In this document: positions 1-7,110 of the stretch, in pieces
How positions within the stretch are numbered: the first letter of the stretch is position 1
How the letters are laid out: every line of letters begins with the position of its first letter
Source: an uncultured Gaiellales bacterium
Lineage (GTDB): Bacteria > Actinomycetota > Thermoleophilia > Gaiellales > Gaiellaceae
Assembly: GCA_964504405.1 (NCBI GenBank)
Contig: CAZDEX010000001.1
Location: 1 to 29,755, forward strand
Direction: 5' to 3'
Length of the DNA stretch: 29,755 nucleotides
Program-made: the position numbers and the translations under genes
The notes under the pieces: model-generated
What the model was told of the DNA's origin: nothing
The model's input: only the letters and a program-made list of their open reading frames with translations
Databases searched by the model: none

Positions 1-361
1 GCTCGGAGAGCCGTTCGGCGTGGTGGAGGAACTGCGGGTTCGGCTCCGCCCGCTCCCCGCCACGCGGGACCGGCTCGCCACGCACGAACGCGTCCGAGGC
101 ACGCGTCGGCCAGTAGTGGAAGGGAGCAGACCCCTTATCGCGGTAGGGACGGCTCCGACCGACAAGACCCAGCCTGGTCAGACGTTCGGTGCGGTAGCGA
201 AGCGTTCGTGCAGGTGTGCCGGCGAGCAGCCGTTCGAGCTGGGTCTGCGTCAGCACACGCTGCTCACAGAGCAGCGCGAGCAGACGCCGGTCGAGATCGG
301 TGACGGTCGCGAGCGCGTCGCGCCGGCTTAGCCGGCCGGCGTGCCCGCGGCCACCGCGCAT
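1..361 (-). CDS. Replication-relaxation (Replic_Relax) family protein, N-terminal part; runs off the left edge
   Basis: Not in the ORF track (no stop inside the window). Manual translation from ATG 361 (alternative CTG 376 with GGAGG upstream): MRGGRGHAGRLSRRDALATVTDLDRRLLALLCEQRVLTQTQLERLL...LRYRTERLTRLGLVGRSRPYRDKGSAPFHYW. This matches the family pattern TDRDRxLLxLLxEHRVLTxxQL...RLxxLGLV...GSAP. Confidence 0.75.
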   Translation of the reverse strand, partial: MRGGRGHAGRLSRRDALATVTDLDRRLLALLCEQRVLTQTQLERLLAGTPARTLRYRTERLTRLGLVGRSRPYRDKGSAPFHYWPTRASDAFVRGEPVPRGGERAEPNPQFLHHAERLSE

Positions 362-372
362 GTGGAACTCGA

Positions 373-504
373 TCAGGACTGAACCTCCGTATTCAGTCGG
401 GCGCGCAGCCACACGGCGAGATCGGCGTGGCTGCGCGCGAATGGGCGAGCATTGGGTTGCCAGTCACAGCGGGACCGACTGGCAAACCGAGGCGCGGAGT
501 TCAC
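373..504 (-). CDS. Small hypothetical protein (43 aa)
   Basis: GTG start overlaps the upstream stop (GTGA at 501-504), and its stop sits at the start region of the replication-relaxation gene, suggesting translational coupling. No recognisable domain. Confidence 0.35.
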   Translation of the reverse strand: MNSAPRFASRSRCDWQPNARPFARSHADLAVWLRARLNTEVQS

Positions 505-710
505 GCCGCCCTCCGCAGCCGAGTCGCCGAACGTTGCCGCCGCAGCCCGGCAGCGAACAGGGCGGTCAAAAGCTCGACCACCTCTGCCTCCTGGGTAGCG
601 GTGAGCAGCTCGACCCTCGCCGGGCCAAGCCTGATCTCACCGTCATCGATTGTCTTGGGGCGCAGCGGCAGCACTTCGCTGCCGTCGCGCAGCGCGTCGT
701 GATCGTCCAT
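501..710 (-). CDS. Small hypothetical protein (about 69 aa), mobile-element associated
   Basis: Part of ORF 501..779; ATG at 710 gives MDDHDALRD...IRLGPARVELLTATQEAEVVELLTALFAAGLRR. First gene of a coupled run leading into the replication-relaxation gene. Confidence 0.5.
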   Translation of the reverse strand: MDDHDALRDGSEVLPLRPKTIDDGEIRLGPARVELLTATQEAEVVELLTALFAAGLRRQRSATRLRRAA

Positions 711-1085
711 CGGTTTCGTCGACGCGCCGGCAGAGGAGCACAGCATCAACGCCCAAGCCGCGCACACGGATACGCCCACGGCAGGGAAAACACCTTCGAG
801 GGAAACGATCCCTCTACATAGAGAGGCCCTTTACGACCCCCAAAAATCACGCGCGGGCGCAAAGACTTACGAGAGATCTACAGTCGATGAGCGGTCATGC
901 GCGGGGCTGAGTTTGCGCACACGCCGTGACACTCATGCTCGACGTCCACGTCGGCGTTCCGGAGGTCGAGATGCGGCCAGTCTTCAACCCCGAGGGTTCC
1001 AAGCCGCGGGAGGATCCGACTGGCCGCGAGGTGCAGTCTGGCCTAGTTGCGGCGTTTACGCAAAACCAATGGACGCTGTCGCAAG

Positions 1086-1114
1086 TTGACACGGCCCGTC
1101 ACATCGTCTACGGT
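1086..1114 (+). promoter_or_regulatory. Housekeeping sigma-type promoter of the mauE-mauD-peptide operon
   Basis: TTGACA (1086-1091), 17-nt spacer, TACGGT (1109-1114), fitting TTGACA-N17-TAnnnT. Confidence 0.55.
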
Positions 1115-1150
1115 CCGTCGAGGTTCCAAGCCGCTTCTTGGGGAGGAAAG

Positions 1151-1279
1151 TTGGGAGTCGAAATCGCGACTCCTGCGGCAGTTTCGCGAGGCCCGACGTG
1201 CACGCGTTGTGTCGGGATCGTGGGTGGCTGGCCATGGGCTACTGCCGCCGCTACGCAGTCGCCGAGGGCTCAAGCGTGA
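1151..1279 (+). CDS. Possible 42-aa leader ORF with CxxC (CTRC), coupled to mauE
   Basis: GGAGG at 1142-1146 precedes TTG 1151; lies downstream of the predicted promoter; stop overlaps the mauE GTG (GTGA 1276-1279). Confidence 0.3.
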   Translation: MGVEIATPAAVSRGPTCTRCVGIVGGWPWATAAATQSPRAQA

Positions 1280-1818
1280 TCGCGTTCGCACTCACGCTTC
1301 GCTTCCTGGTCGGCGCGGTGTTTGCCGCAGCCGGCGGCGCGAAGGTCGCCCGACTGGCGAGGTTCGAGGTCGCGATCGACCGCTTCGATGTCGTGCCTGA
1401 CGCGTTGGTGCCTCTGACTGCCGCTGCGGTTGCGGTGGCTGAGTTGGCCGCGGGGCTGGCCCTTGTAGCGGGGTTCTTCACAGCATTCGCAGCGAGCGTC
1501 GTCGCCGGGTTACTCACAGTCTTCGCCGTAGTGATCGGGATCAACCTCGTGCGCGGCCGTAAATTCGATTGCGGCTGTGGAACGGCAGCCGTTGGACGTG
1601 AGATCTCGTGGGCACTGGTCGCCCAGGATGTCAGCCTCGCGATAGCTGCGATCGTCGTCGCAGTCGAGGCCCCTACCCAACTCGCCCTCGACGGCAGCTT
1701 CGGCGGCGGGAGCTATTCAGTCGAACGCGCTCTGGCTGCGCCCGTCTCGGCGGTCCTTCTCCTGTCCGGAGCGGCCCTCGCTCGTGAAGGTCGAGCCGTC
1801 AGAAGGTTGCTCGAATGA
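1276..1818 (+). CDS. mauE: MauE/DoxX-family redox membrane protein (MauE-like)
   Basis: Several hydrophobic helices; LRFLVGAVFAAAGGAK, AELAAG, GINLVRGRKFDCGCG (CGC motif) and ISWALVAQD match the MauE pattern. GTG 1276 preferred; ATG 1234 is in frame as an alternative. Confidence 0.85.
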   Translation: MIAFALTLRFLVGAVFAAAGGAKVARLARFEVAIDRFDVVPDALVPLTAAAVAVAELAAGLALVAGFFTAFAASVVAGLLTVFAVVIGINLVRGRKFDCGCGTAAVGREISWALVAQDVSLAIAAIVVAVEAPTQLALDGSFGGGSYSVERALAAPVSAVLLLSGAALAREGRAVRRLLE

Positions 1819-2426
1819 CCGCGCCTTGGATCGCCGTCGTTGTGCTGTTGGCGTTGGTCGTTGTGCTAAACACGACCATCACGCTCGGTGTCCTTCGGCG
1901 CGCACTCGTCGTTCTCGATCGCGCTTCGGGATCTGGCTCCGATGTCGGCGGCGTGCCGAAAGCGTCCAGTGCCCTCGACTTCGGAGCACTCCCGCTGCTC
2001 TCGACGCCTAGCCCGGTTCATTTGCGAGACCGTAACGGCGAAGACGTAACCTTCCCGACTGCCGTCTCGACGACGCTCATTGTCTTGCTGATGGAGAGCG
2101 GTTGCGAGCCATGCAAGGCGCTCATCAAGTCGATTGAACGCTCGTCTCGCGAAGTGACGCTGCCCATTGTCGCATTGCTGGACGACAGCGAGGCTGCCCG
2201 GAGACTTCCCATGCCGGCATCGATTCGTCCTCTCCATGGGAGCCGCGACGAAATCGCAAATGCGTTTGCGACATCGGCGACACCCTTTGCGTTCGTGCTC
2301 GGGGCGGGCGGCGTAGTGCTTGAGCGCGGCGTGGCCAACGACCGACACGACTTGGAGGAAATGACGCGGAACCAGAAGGGAGGTGATCAGACCAAACAGG
2401 AACCGGATTCCCTGTTGATTGCATAA
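1815..2426 (+). CDS. mauD: Membrane-anchored thioredoxin-like protein (MauD-like)
   Basis: N-terminal TM anchor, CxxC (CEPC), cis-Pro-type motif ATPFAFVLGAGGVVLERGVAN; ATGA overlap with the mauE-like stop. Confidence 0.8.
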   Translation: MTAPWIAVVVLLALVVVLNTTITLGVLRRALVVLDRASGSGSDVGGVPKASSALDFGALPLLSTPSPVHLRDRNGEDVTFPTAVSTTLIVLLMESGCEPCKALIKSIERSSREVTLPIVALLDDSEAARRLPMPASIRPLHGSRDEIANAFATSATPFAFVLGAGGVVLERGVANDRHDLEEMTRNQKGGDQTKQEPDSLLIA

Positions 2427-2444
2427 CTCGGGGAAGGAGTCGAG

Positions 2445-2741
2445 TTGAAGAGAGAAGAGCGCACAACCGTATTGGAGCGAACCGGCGACTGGTTCGAGCG
2501 GCCGACCAGCCGACTGAGTTTCCTCCGAAAGCTCGGCACGGTCGCCGCGGCTGGAGCGGTCGCCGTTCTCCTACCAGGAACGGCGAAGGCGGGTAATGCA
2601 GTGTGCTGCCCGAATACGTGTTCGACGACGTGCGGAACGGGCGAAATTCCGTTCAATTGTCAGGACTCGTGCAGCGGAACGTTCTGCTGCGTCTGCTTCC
2701 AGCCGACGTCGAATTGCATCGTGAAGCCCTGCCTGTGCTGA
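2445..2741 (+). CDS. Exported Cys-rich peptide precursor: 49-aa Tat/MauA-like leader plus 49-aa core with 12 Cys
   Basis: AAGGAG (2434-2439) before TTG; leader ...TSRLSFLRKLGTVAAAGAVAVLLPGTAKA ending in an AxA cleavage site; core GNAVCCPNTCSTTCGTGEIPFNCQDSCSGTFCCVCFQPTSNCIVKPCLC. Confidence 0.85.
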   Translation: MKREERTTVLERTGDWFERPTSRLSFLRKLGTVAAAGAVAVLLPGTAKAGNAVCCPNTCSTTCGTGEIPFNCQDSCSGTFCCVCFQPTSNCIVKPCLC

Positions 2742-2746
2742 AAGAC

Positions 2747-2798
2747 GCTTGAGCCGCTGGCCTAGCCGGCCGCGGCTCAAGCCACCCTCCCGGGTGGC
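2747..2798 (+). terminator. Tandem GC-rich hairpins ending the mau-like operon
   Basis: GCTTGAGCCGC (2747-2757) pairs with GCGGCTCAAGC (2772-2782), followed by GCCACCC/GGGTGGC (2781-2798); starts 6 nt after the peptide stop; no U-tract. Confidence 0.6.
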
Positions 2799-2923
2799 GA
2801 CCCGTGGCGCCCCCCAACAATCAGCCGGTCTCCGCAGATCGCGCTCGGAATTCGCATTGTGCGCGCGTGAGCTGAATCCCGAGGCCGCGTCGCGGAATGA
2901 CTGCGAACTACGGGAAGCCGACC

Positions 2924-3478
2924 TTAGAGACGGAAGCTGTGGTCGGTGATCCAGTTGAACTGCTGTCCGACGTAGCCCTTGTCTGTGTCCGGGGCGGCGC
3001 TGATGGTGAACCAGCCGAAGGAGACGCGGAGGTCGCGTCTTGTCGGGATGGATGCTTTGCCGGAGAACGTTCCCTGCCAGAATCCGTTGGGTTTGAGGCT
3101 GGTCGGGAGCGTCGGTCTCGCGTGTTGGTTTGGGTGCACGAAGAACCCACCGCCTGGGGTTCCCGTGTAGTCGGCGAGTCCGAAGCCGGAGTCCCGCGAG
3201 AACCAGATGCCCTGATTCGGCGGCGTGTTGTTGATCTTCGGTCGCGTGATAGAGAGGGTGTAGGGGGAGCGGTTGGCAACGGTGGCGGTGATGCTCCAGT
3301 TCGTGGGTGTGACGACGATCTTGGTGATGCGGAAGTTCAGCTGACCGCCGACGAGGTCTTTGTACTCGCGCCAGTTGACGTTCAGCGTCTTCGCCTGGGT
3401 GGCTCGCGCCTGTGGTGTTGCTTGGGCCGTGGCGCCGGCGAGCGCGGCTGTGATCGCGATTAGCAGGATGCGCGGCAT
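2924..3478 (-). CDS. Secreted hypothetical protein (184 aa, predicted beta-rich)
   Basis: N-terminal signal peptide MPRILLIAITAALAGATAQA; alternating beta-strand-like pattern; no recognised family. Confidence 0.75.
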   Translation of the reverse strand: MPRILLIAITAALAGATAQATPQARATQAKTLNVNWREYKDLVGGQLNFRITKIVVTPTNWSITATVANRSPYTLSITRPKINNTPPNQGIWFSRDSGFGLADYTGTPGGGFFVHPNQHARPTLPTSLKPNGFWQGTFSGKASIPTRRDLRVSFGWFTISAAPDTDKGYVGQQFNWITDHSFRL

Positions 3479-3504
3479 CGCCTCGGGATTATGCCAGTGC
3501 GCGT

Positions 3505-3688
3505 CTGCGGGTTCGCTCGGGGCAGGGGATCAGGCCGCTCTGGAGATCGACTTCCGCTCCCGTGCCCGACGCGCCGGGATGTTGCAGGGCTCCGGGGAAA
3601 GGTCGCTCGAGCGTGTGGCGTGCGAATCGCAGCGGTTCTAGGATTCGCGTCGTGTCCGAGGCTCAGGCTGCGGGTTCGCTCGGGGCAG
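3505..3688. repeat. Perfect 21-bp direct repeat pair CTGCGGGTTCGCTCGGGGCAG
   Basis: Identical copies at 3505-3525 and 3668-3688. Confidence 0.85.
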
Positions 3689-4695
3689 CTTTCGCGGCTC
3701 CAACGTCGGAGGCGGCACTTCTTTGGCGTCGGTTCTGCAAGGAGCGTCTTGCGCTCACCGCCCTGGCCGGATTGGTCGTGATCGTGATTGCATGCTTCCT
3801 CGGCGAGCCGCTGATCGCTCGGCTCTTGGGTCACGGGGCTGACACGTTCTTTCCCAAGGCCGTCGACCTGAACCTGAAACCGGTTGGTCCTTGGAGCCAC
3901 GTCCCGAACCAGCCGCTGGATCTGCCGGCCCATCCTGGCACGACGTTTTTCCTTCTTGGCGCCGACGGCCCACTCGGCCGTGACGAGTTCTTGCGCATCC
4001 TGGCTGGTGGTCGGGTCTCGCTTGAGATCGCCTTGATCGCGACGTCGATCGCGCTGGCGGTCGGCATCGTCCTTGGCGCGCTAGCCGGATGGTTCGGCGG
4101 CTTCGTCGATGCGTTCGTGGGGCGCATGACCGAGGTCGTGATGGCGTTCCCGATCCTGCTGCTGGTGATCGCGATCGGCGAGACGATCGCGGCGAGATTG
4201 GAGGGCATCACCCTCCACGGTGTGCTCTCGCCCGGCGTGATCGGGCTGGGCGCGATGATCGGGCTGTTCAGCTGGTTCTATCCGGCCCGTGTCGTGCGCG
4301 CGTTGACCTTCTCGTTGCGGGAGCAGGAGTTCGTTGAGGCGGCGCGGATGACGGGAGCCGGCGAATTTCGGATCCTTCGCAAGCACGTCTTGCCGCATCT
4401 GGCCGGGCCGATGATCGTCTGGGGCACGCTTGTCGCCGCCGGTGTGATCGTGCTCGAAGCCGCCCTCTCGATCCTCAACTTCGGGGTCAGGCTCGGCACT
4501 CCGAGCTGGGGCAGCCTCCTCTCGGACTCCTGGGGAACGCTGCTCGTCTTCAACCCCGCAAGCTCCTCGCCCCAGACGGTCAAGAACAACTGGGTGCTGC
4601 TCTGGCCGAGTCTCGCGCTGTTTCTCACGGTTCTCTGCCTGGCGCTTGTTGGCGACGGGTTGCGCAACGCGCTCGACCCGAGAGGCGAGGGCTGA
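3652..4695 (+). CDS. Peptide/nickel ABC transporter permease (OppC/DppC-like)
   Basis: LLGADGPLGRD, GRVSL, EAA loop REQEFVEAARMTGAGEFRILRKHVLPH, GDGLRNALDPR. GTG 3652 chosen over the track start at 3562. Confidence 0.9.
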   Translation: MSEAQAAGSLGAAFAAPTSEAALLWRRFCKERLALTALAGLVVIVIACFLGEPLIARLLGHGADTFFPKAVDLNLKPVGPWSHVPNQPLDLPAHPGTTFFLLGADGPLGRDEFLRILAGGRVSLEIALIATSIALAVGIVLGALAGWFGGFVDAFVGRMTEVVMAFPILLLVIAIGETIAARLEGITLHGVLSPGVIGLGAMIGLFSWFYPARVVRALTFSLREQEFVEAARMTGAGEFRILRKHVLPHLAGPMIVWGTLVAAGVIVLEAALSILNFGVRLGTPSWGSLLSDSWGTLLVFNPASSSPQTVKNNWVLLWPSLALFLTVLCLALVGDGLRNALDPRGEG

Positions 4696-5777
4696 TGGCG
4701 CGCTTCGTCGTTCGCCGACTCCTCTCCGGCGCGTTAGTGATCGTGGCGCTGACGTTCACGAGCTATGTGGTCGTCAACGAGATCCCGCAGAACAAGGCCT
4801 GCGAGGTCATGGCCTGCACCTCCTCGACGACCGACGCCGAGATGCGCGCTGCTTTGCACCAGTCGGGCCTCGACCAACCAATCGTCGTTCAGTACGGCCA
4901 CTTCCTCTGGGGCATCGTCCGCCACGGGACGCTCGGCACCAACGGAAACGGGCAGCGGCTCGACGCGACGATCAGAGCTGCGATCCCGCCGACTGCGTGG
5001 CTCGTCGCCGGAGGAATGGCCCTCATGTTTCTGCTGACCGTGCCGCTGGCCGCTTTCGCGGCCTCGTTCCCGCGCTCCCCAGCAGATCGGGGCGCGCTCT
5101 CCTTCAGCCTCGTCGGTTTGGCCGTGCATCCGTTCGTGCTCGGGATCGGCTTCCAGTTGGCGGCGTCGCACGTGGGGCTGCCAGGGAGCGGCTACTGCCC
5201 GCTCACCACCAGCGCAGTTCCGAGTGCGCCGCCCCCCGGCGTGCCAATCCCGCTCGGCCGCTCTGCTCCCCTCCCCTGCGGCGGCGCAAGCGCCTGGCTC
5301 TCACACCTGATCGTCCCCTGGATCGTCTTCGCTCTGTTCTTCTCACCGCTCTACCTGCGGATGATCAGGAACCGGCTCCTCGCCACACTGGGTGAGCAGT
5401 ACGTCATCACGGCACGCGCCAAGGGAGCCAGCGAACGGCGCGTTGTGATCCGTCACGCCTTGCGCAACGCATTCGGCCCGCTCCTACCAATGGTCGCACT
5501 CGACGCCGGCACCGCACTGACAGCGGCCATCTACATCGAGACCGTGTTCGCGATCCCCGGCCTCGGCCACCTCGCCGTCGGACTATTGAGCGGCCAAACC
5601 GGCCACTACGACATCCACTTCATCACCGCGATCGTTTTCACGATCGGCGTCTTCGTCGTTATCCTCTCGACCGCCGCCGACGTCGCCAGCGCCTGGCTCG
5701 ACCCGCGCGTCCGCCAGCAAACCCAACGAGGATTCGTCCCCCTGCCGCGGCTCGCCCGCCGCAGCGCGGTCACATGA
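4695..5777 (+). CDS. Peptide/nickel ABC transporter permease (OppB/DppB-like)
   Basis: MARFVVRRLL start, GLDQPIVVQY, YVITARAKGASERRVVIRHALRNA, IETVFAIPGLG, WLDPRVR; TGATG coupling to the upstream permease. Confidence 0.9.
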   Translation: MARFVVRRLLSGALVIVALTFTSYVVVNEIPQNKACEVMACTSSTTDAEMRAALHQSGLDQPIVVQYGHFLWGIVRHGTLGTNGNGQRLDATIRAAIPPTAWLVAGGMALMFLLTVPLAAFAASFPRSPADRGALSFSLVGLAVHPFVLGIGFQLAASHVGLPGSGYCPLTTSAVPSAPPPGVPIPLGRSAPLPCGGASAWLSHLIVPWIVFALFFSPLYLRMIRNRLLATLGEQYVITARAKGASERRVVIRHALRNAFGPLLPMVALDAGTALTAAIYIETVFAIPGLGHLAVGLLSGQTGHYDIHFITAIVFTIGVFVVILSTAADVASAWLDPRVRQQTQRGFVPLPRLARRSAVT

Positions 5778-5823
5778 TCGTGCCGCAGCAAGGGCCGCCT
5801 TCGCCTACGCCAACGTCTTCGCG

Positions 5824-6156
5824 TCAGATCGCAACGGGCAAGCCAATCATTTCGATTTCCATCCGGTTCGCGTAATACCCGGTTCGGCCCATCCTCAGAA
5901 TCGGCGTAACGGAGCCCCTCAGTGGGCTCCGCGTCGTTCTGCCAACGTGTGCGTCGACGCCAACATCAAGCGTGGCGATTGATCGCCTGATGAACGTCAC
6001 AAGAATCGGCGCTCCGAACGCAGCCAGGCTCAGCAGCCAGGCAACAACGCCGAAGACATAGAGCAGACCCTTTCGCGGCCGAAGAGGCGTAGACGGCACT
6101 GGGCGAACCGCCGATTCAGGCGCCGCCTCGTCAGCTTCGAGCGGGCGCGTGAGCAT
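5824..6156 (-). CDS. Doubtful small membrane protein
   Basis: One hydrophobic stretch (GLLYVFGVVAWLLSLAAFGAPILVTFI). It overlaps the vapC 3' end and spans a repeat copy and a hairpin, so it may be spurious. Confidence 0.25.
   Translation of the reverse strand: MLTRPLEADEAAPESAVRPVPSTPLRPRKGLLYVFGVVAWLLSLAAFGAPILVTFIRRSIATLDVGVDAHVGRTTRSPLRGSVTPILRMGRTGYYANRMEIEMIGLPVAI
5864..5895. repeat. Dispersed ~31-bp motif, copy 1
   Basis: CGGTTCGCGTAATACCCGGTTCGGCCCATCCT; 30/32 identical to copy 2. Confidence 0.85.
5910..5931. terminator. Hairpin between convergent oppB and vapC
   Basis: CGGAGCCC-ctcagt-GGGCTCCG, 8-bp stem. Confidence 0.45.
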
Positions 6157-6518
6157 CGACGAGATCGTCGATGAGAGCGAAGTCCTTGGCATTGAGCGTG
6201 AGGAGCGGAACGTTGTGCACGTTCGCGGTGGCTGCGATCACGAGGTCGAGCGCTCGTCGCCGTGGGCTACCCGCCGCGACTGACCACGGCCGCGGCGAGC
6301 CTTCCCCACTCGCGCGCGACCGCGGCATCCACAGGCAGCGGATCGAAGGTCGCCTCGATGACTCCAAGTCGTTGCGAGCGTCGGGCCCGCTCGTCCTCGG
6401 CTGTGGCAACGAGAACGCCGAAGTGAAGTTCCGCAAGCGATGCTGAGCTGATCGCCCCTTCGAGGTCGCCGGGGCTCTCTGCGCCGATCAAGACGGAAGT
6501 GTCGAGGAGCGCGCGCAC
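6131..6518 (-). pseudogene. vapC: VapC (PIN domain) toxin with a +1 frameshift
   Basis: MRALLDTSVLI...SLAEL...EWGRLAAAVVSRGG* continues in another frame as SPRRRALDLVIAATANVHNVPLLTLNAKDF. Removing one C from the + strand CCC at 6270-6272 restores a 128-aa PIN protein. Confidence 0.85.
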
Positions 6519-6764
6519 CTACTCGACGAACAGGTCCACCATCTCGCCGGGAAGGCGCGCGAGATCGGCGTCGAGCGTCGCGGGAGTCGGCGTCTGCCAG
6601 ACGCGCTGCAGCGCTGGACCCTGCACCCACTGACGTGGCCGCACGGGCCCAAGGCGCGCCACCGGACGGCCGGCGACGGTTACGGTGAACTCCTCCCCTG
6701 CCTCAGCCCGCCGGAGGACCTCGCCGACGTTGTTCCGCAACTCCTTCTGGGGAATCGTGGCCAT
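6519..6764 (-). CDS. Phd/YefM-family antitoxin (VapB-type)
   Basis: MATIPQKELRNNVGEVLRRAEAGEEFTVTVAGRPVARLGP is a typical Phd/YefM N-terminus; abuts the vapC start. Confidence 0.9.
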   Translation of the reverse strand: MATIPQKELRNNVGEVLRRAEAGEEFTVTVAGRPVARLGPVRPRQWVQGPALQRVWQTPTPATLDADLARLPGEMVDLFVE

Positions 6765-6773
6765 GCGCACAAG

Positions 6774-6791
6774 GGTAGCAGTTCTGCTACC
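6774..6791. promoter_or_regulatory. Palindromic operator for TA autorepression
   Basis: GGTAGCAG-tt-CTGCTACC, perfect 8-bp arms, 10 nt upstream of the antitoxin ATG. Confidence 0.7.
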
Positions 6792-6845
6792 TAGCGACCA
6801 GAGGTCTCAGAGTGCGAGCGCCGCTGCGCGAGGCCGGCCTCTCCG

Positions 6846-6877
6846 CGGTTCGCGTACCACCCGGTTCGGCCCATCCT
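6846..6877. repeat. Dispersed ~31-bp motif, copy 2
   Basis: CGGTTCGCGTACCACCCGGTTCGGCCCATCCT. Confidence 0.85.
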
Positions 6878-7030
6878 GCTTTCGGTAGAGGTGCAGAGGT
6901 TTCCCGTTCGTCAACGGCGTACGACGCATTGTGCGAATCGGCGGTGCTTACCCGCTCGGCGTCAGGTGGCGGCGTGCGCGGTGCGGACGGGGTGGCGCTG
7001 GGCCTCGGCGTACAGCGGCCCCGGGGCTAA

Positions 7031-7075
7031 AGGGCGAGCATGCCTGCCCTCGTTCCAGTACATCCAGATCGTGAT
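7031..7075 (-). pseudogene. Possible tiny remnant of a DUF4160-family (TA-associated) gene
   Basis: Minus-strand frame reads ITIWMYWNEGRHARP, resembling the IxIxMY(W/F)xxxxHxxPH N-terminus of DUF4160; flanks do not continue the match. Confidence 0.3.
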
Positions 7076-7110
7076 TCGCTGCTGCGGCGGCGGTGGTCGA
7101 GAATGCGGCG

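Noticed and set aside
790-870. CCTCT/AGAGG inverted repeat and AT-richer stretch as an oriT
   Set aside because: Position beside a mobility gene is suggestive, but no nic consensus can be supported from sequence alone.
926-1279. 117-aa ORF upstream of mauE as a full gene
   Set aside because: No recognisable domain, and a consensus promoter lies inside it; only the 3' 42 codons are kept as a possible leader ORF.
2373-2390. Strong Shine-Dalgarno-like GGGAGGTGATC inside the mauD 3' end
   Set aside because: No suitably spaced start codon follows; the real RBS for the peptide is at 2434-2439.
2445-2741. Calling the peptide mauA (methylamine dehydrogenase small subunit)
   Set aside because: Core is far shorter than MauA, has no Trp for TTQ, and no mauB/mauG flank it.
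4780-5290. Cys pairs in OppB loops as a link to the disulfide system
   Set aside because: Extracytoplasmic Cys pairs are common in actinobacterial OppB/DppB proteins; nothing specific here.
5865-5892. Repeat motif as a Xer dif site (left part GGTTCGCGTAA resembles a XerC arm)
   Set aside because: No XerD-like arm and no inverted symmetry around a 6-bp spacer.
7000-7110. LexA/SOS box upstream of the ERCC4 nuclease
   Set aside because: No CGAAC-N4-GTTCG-type site seen.
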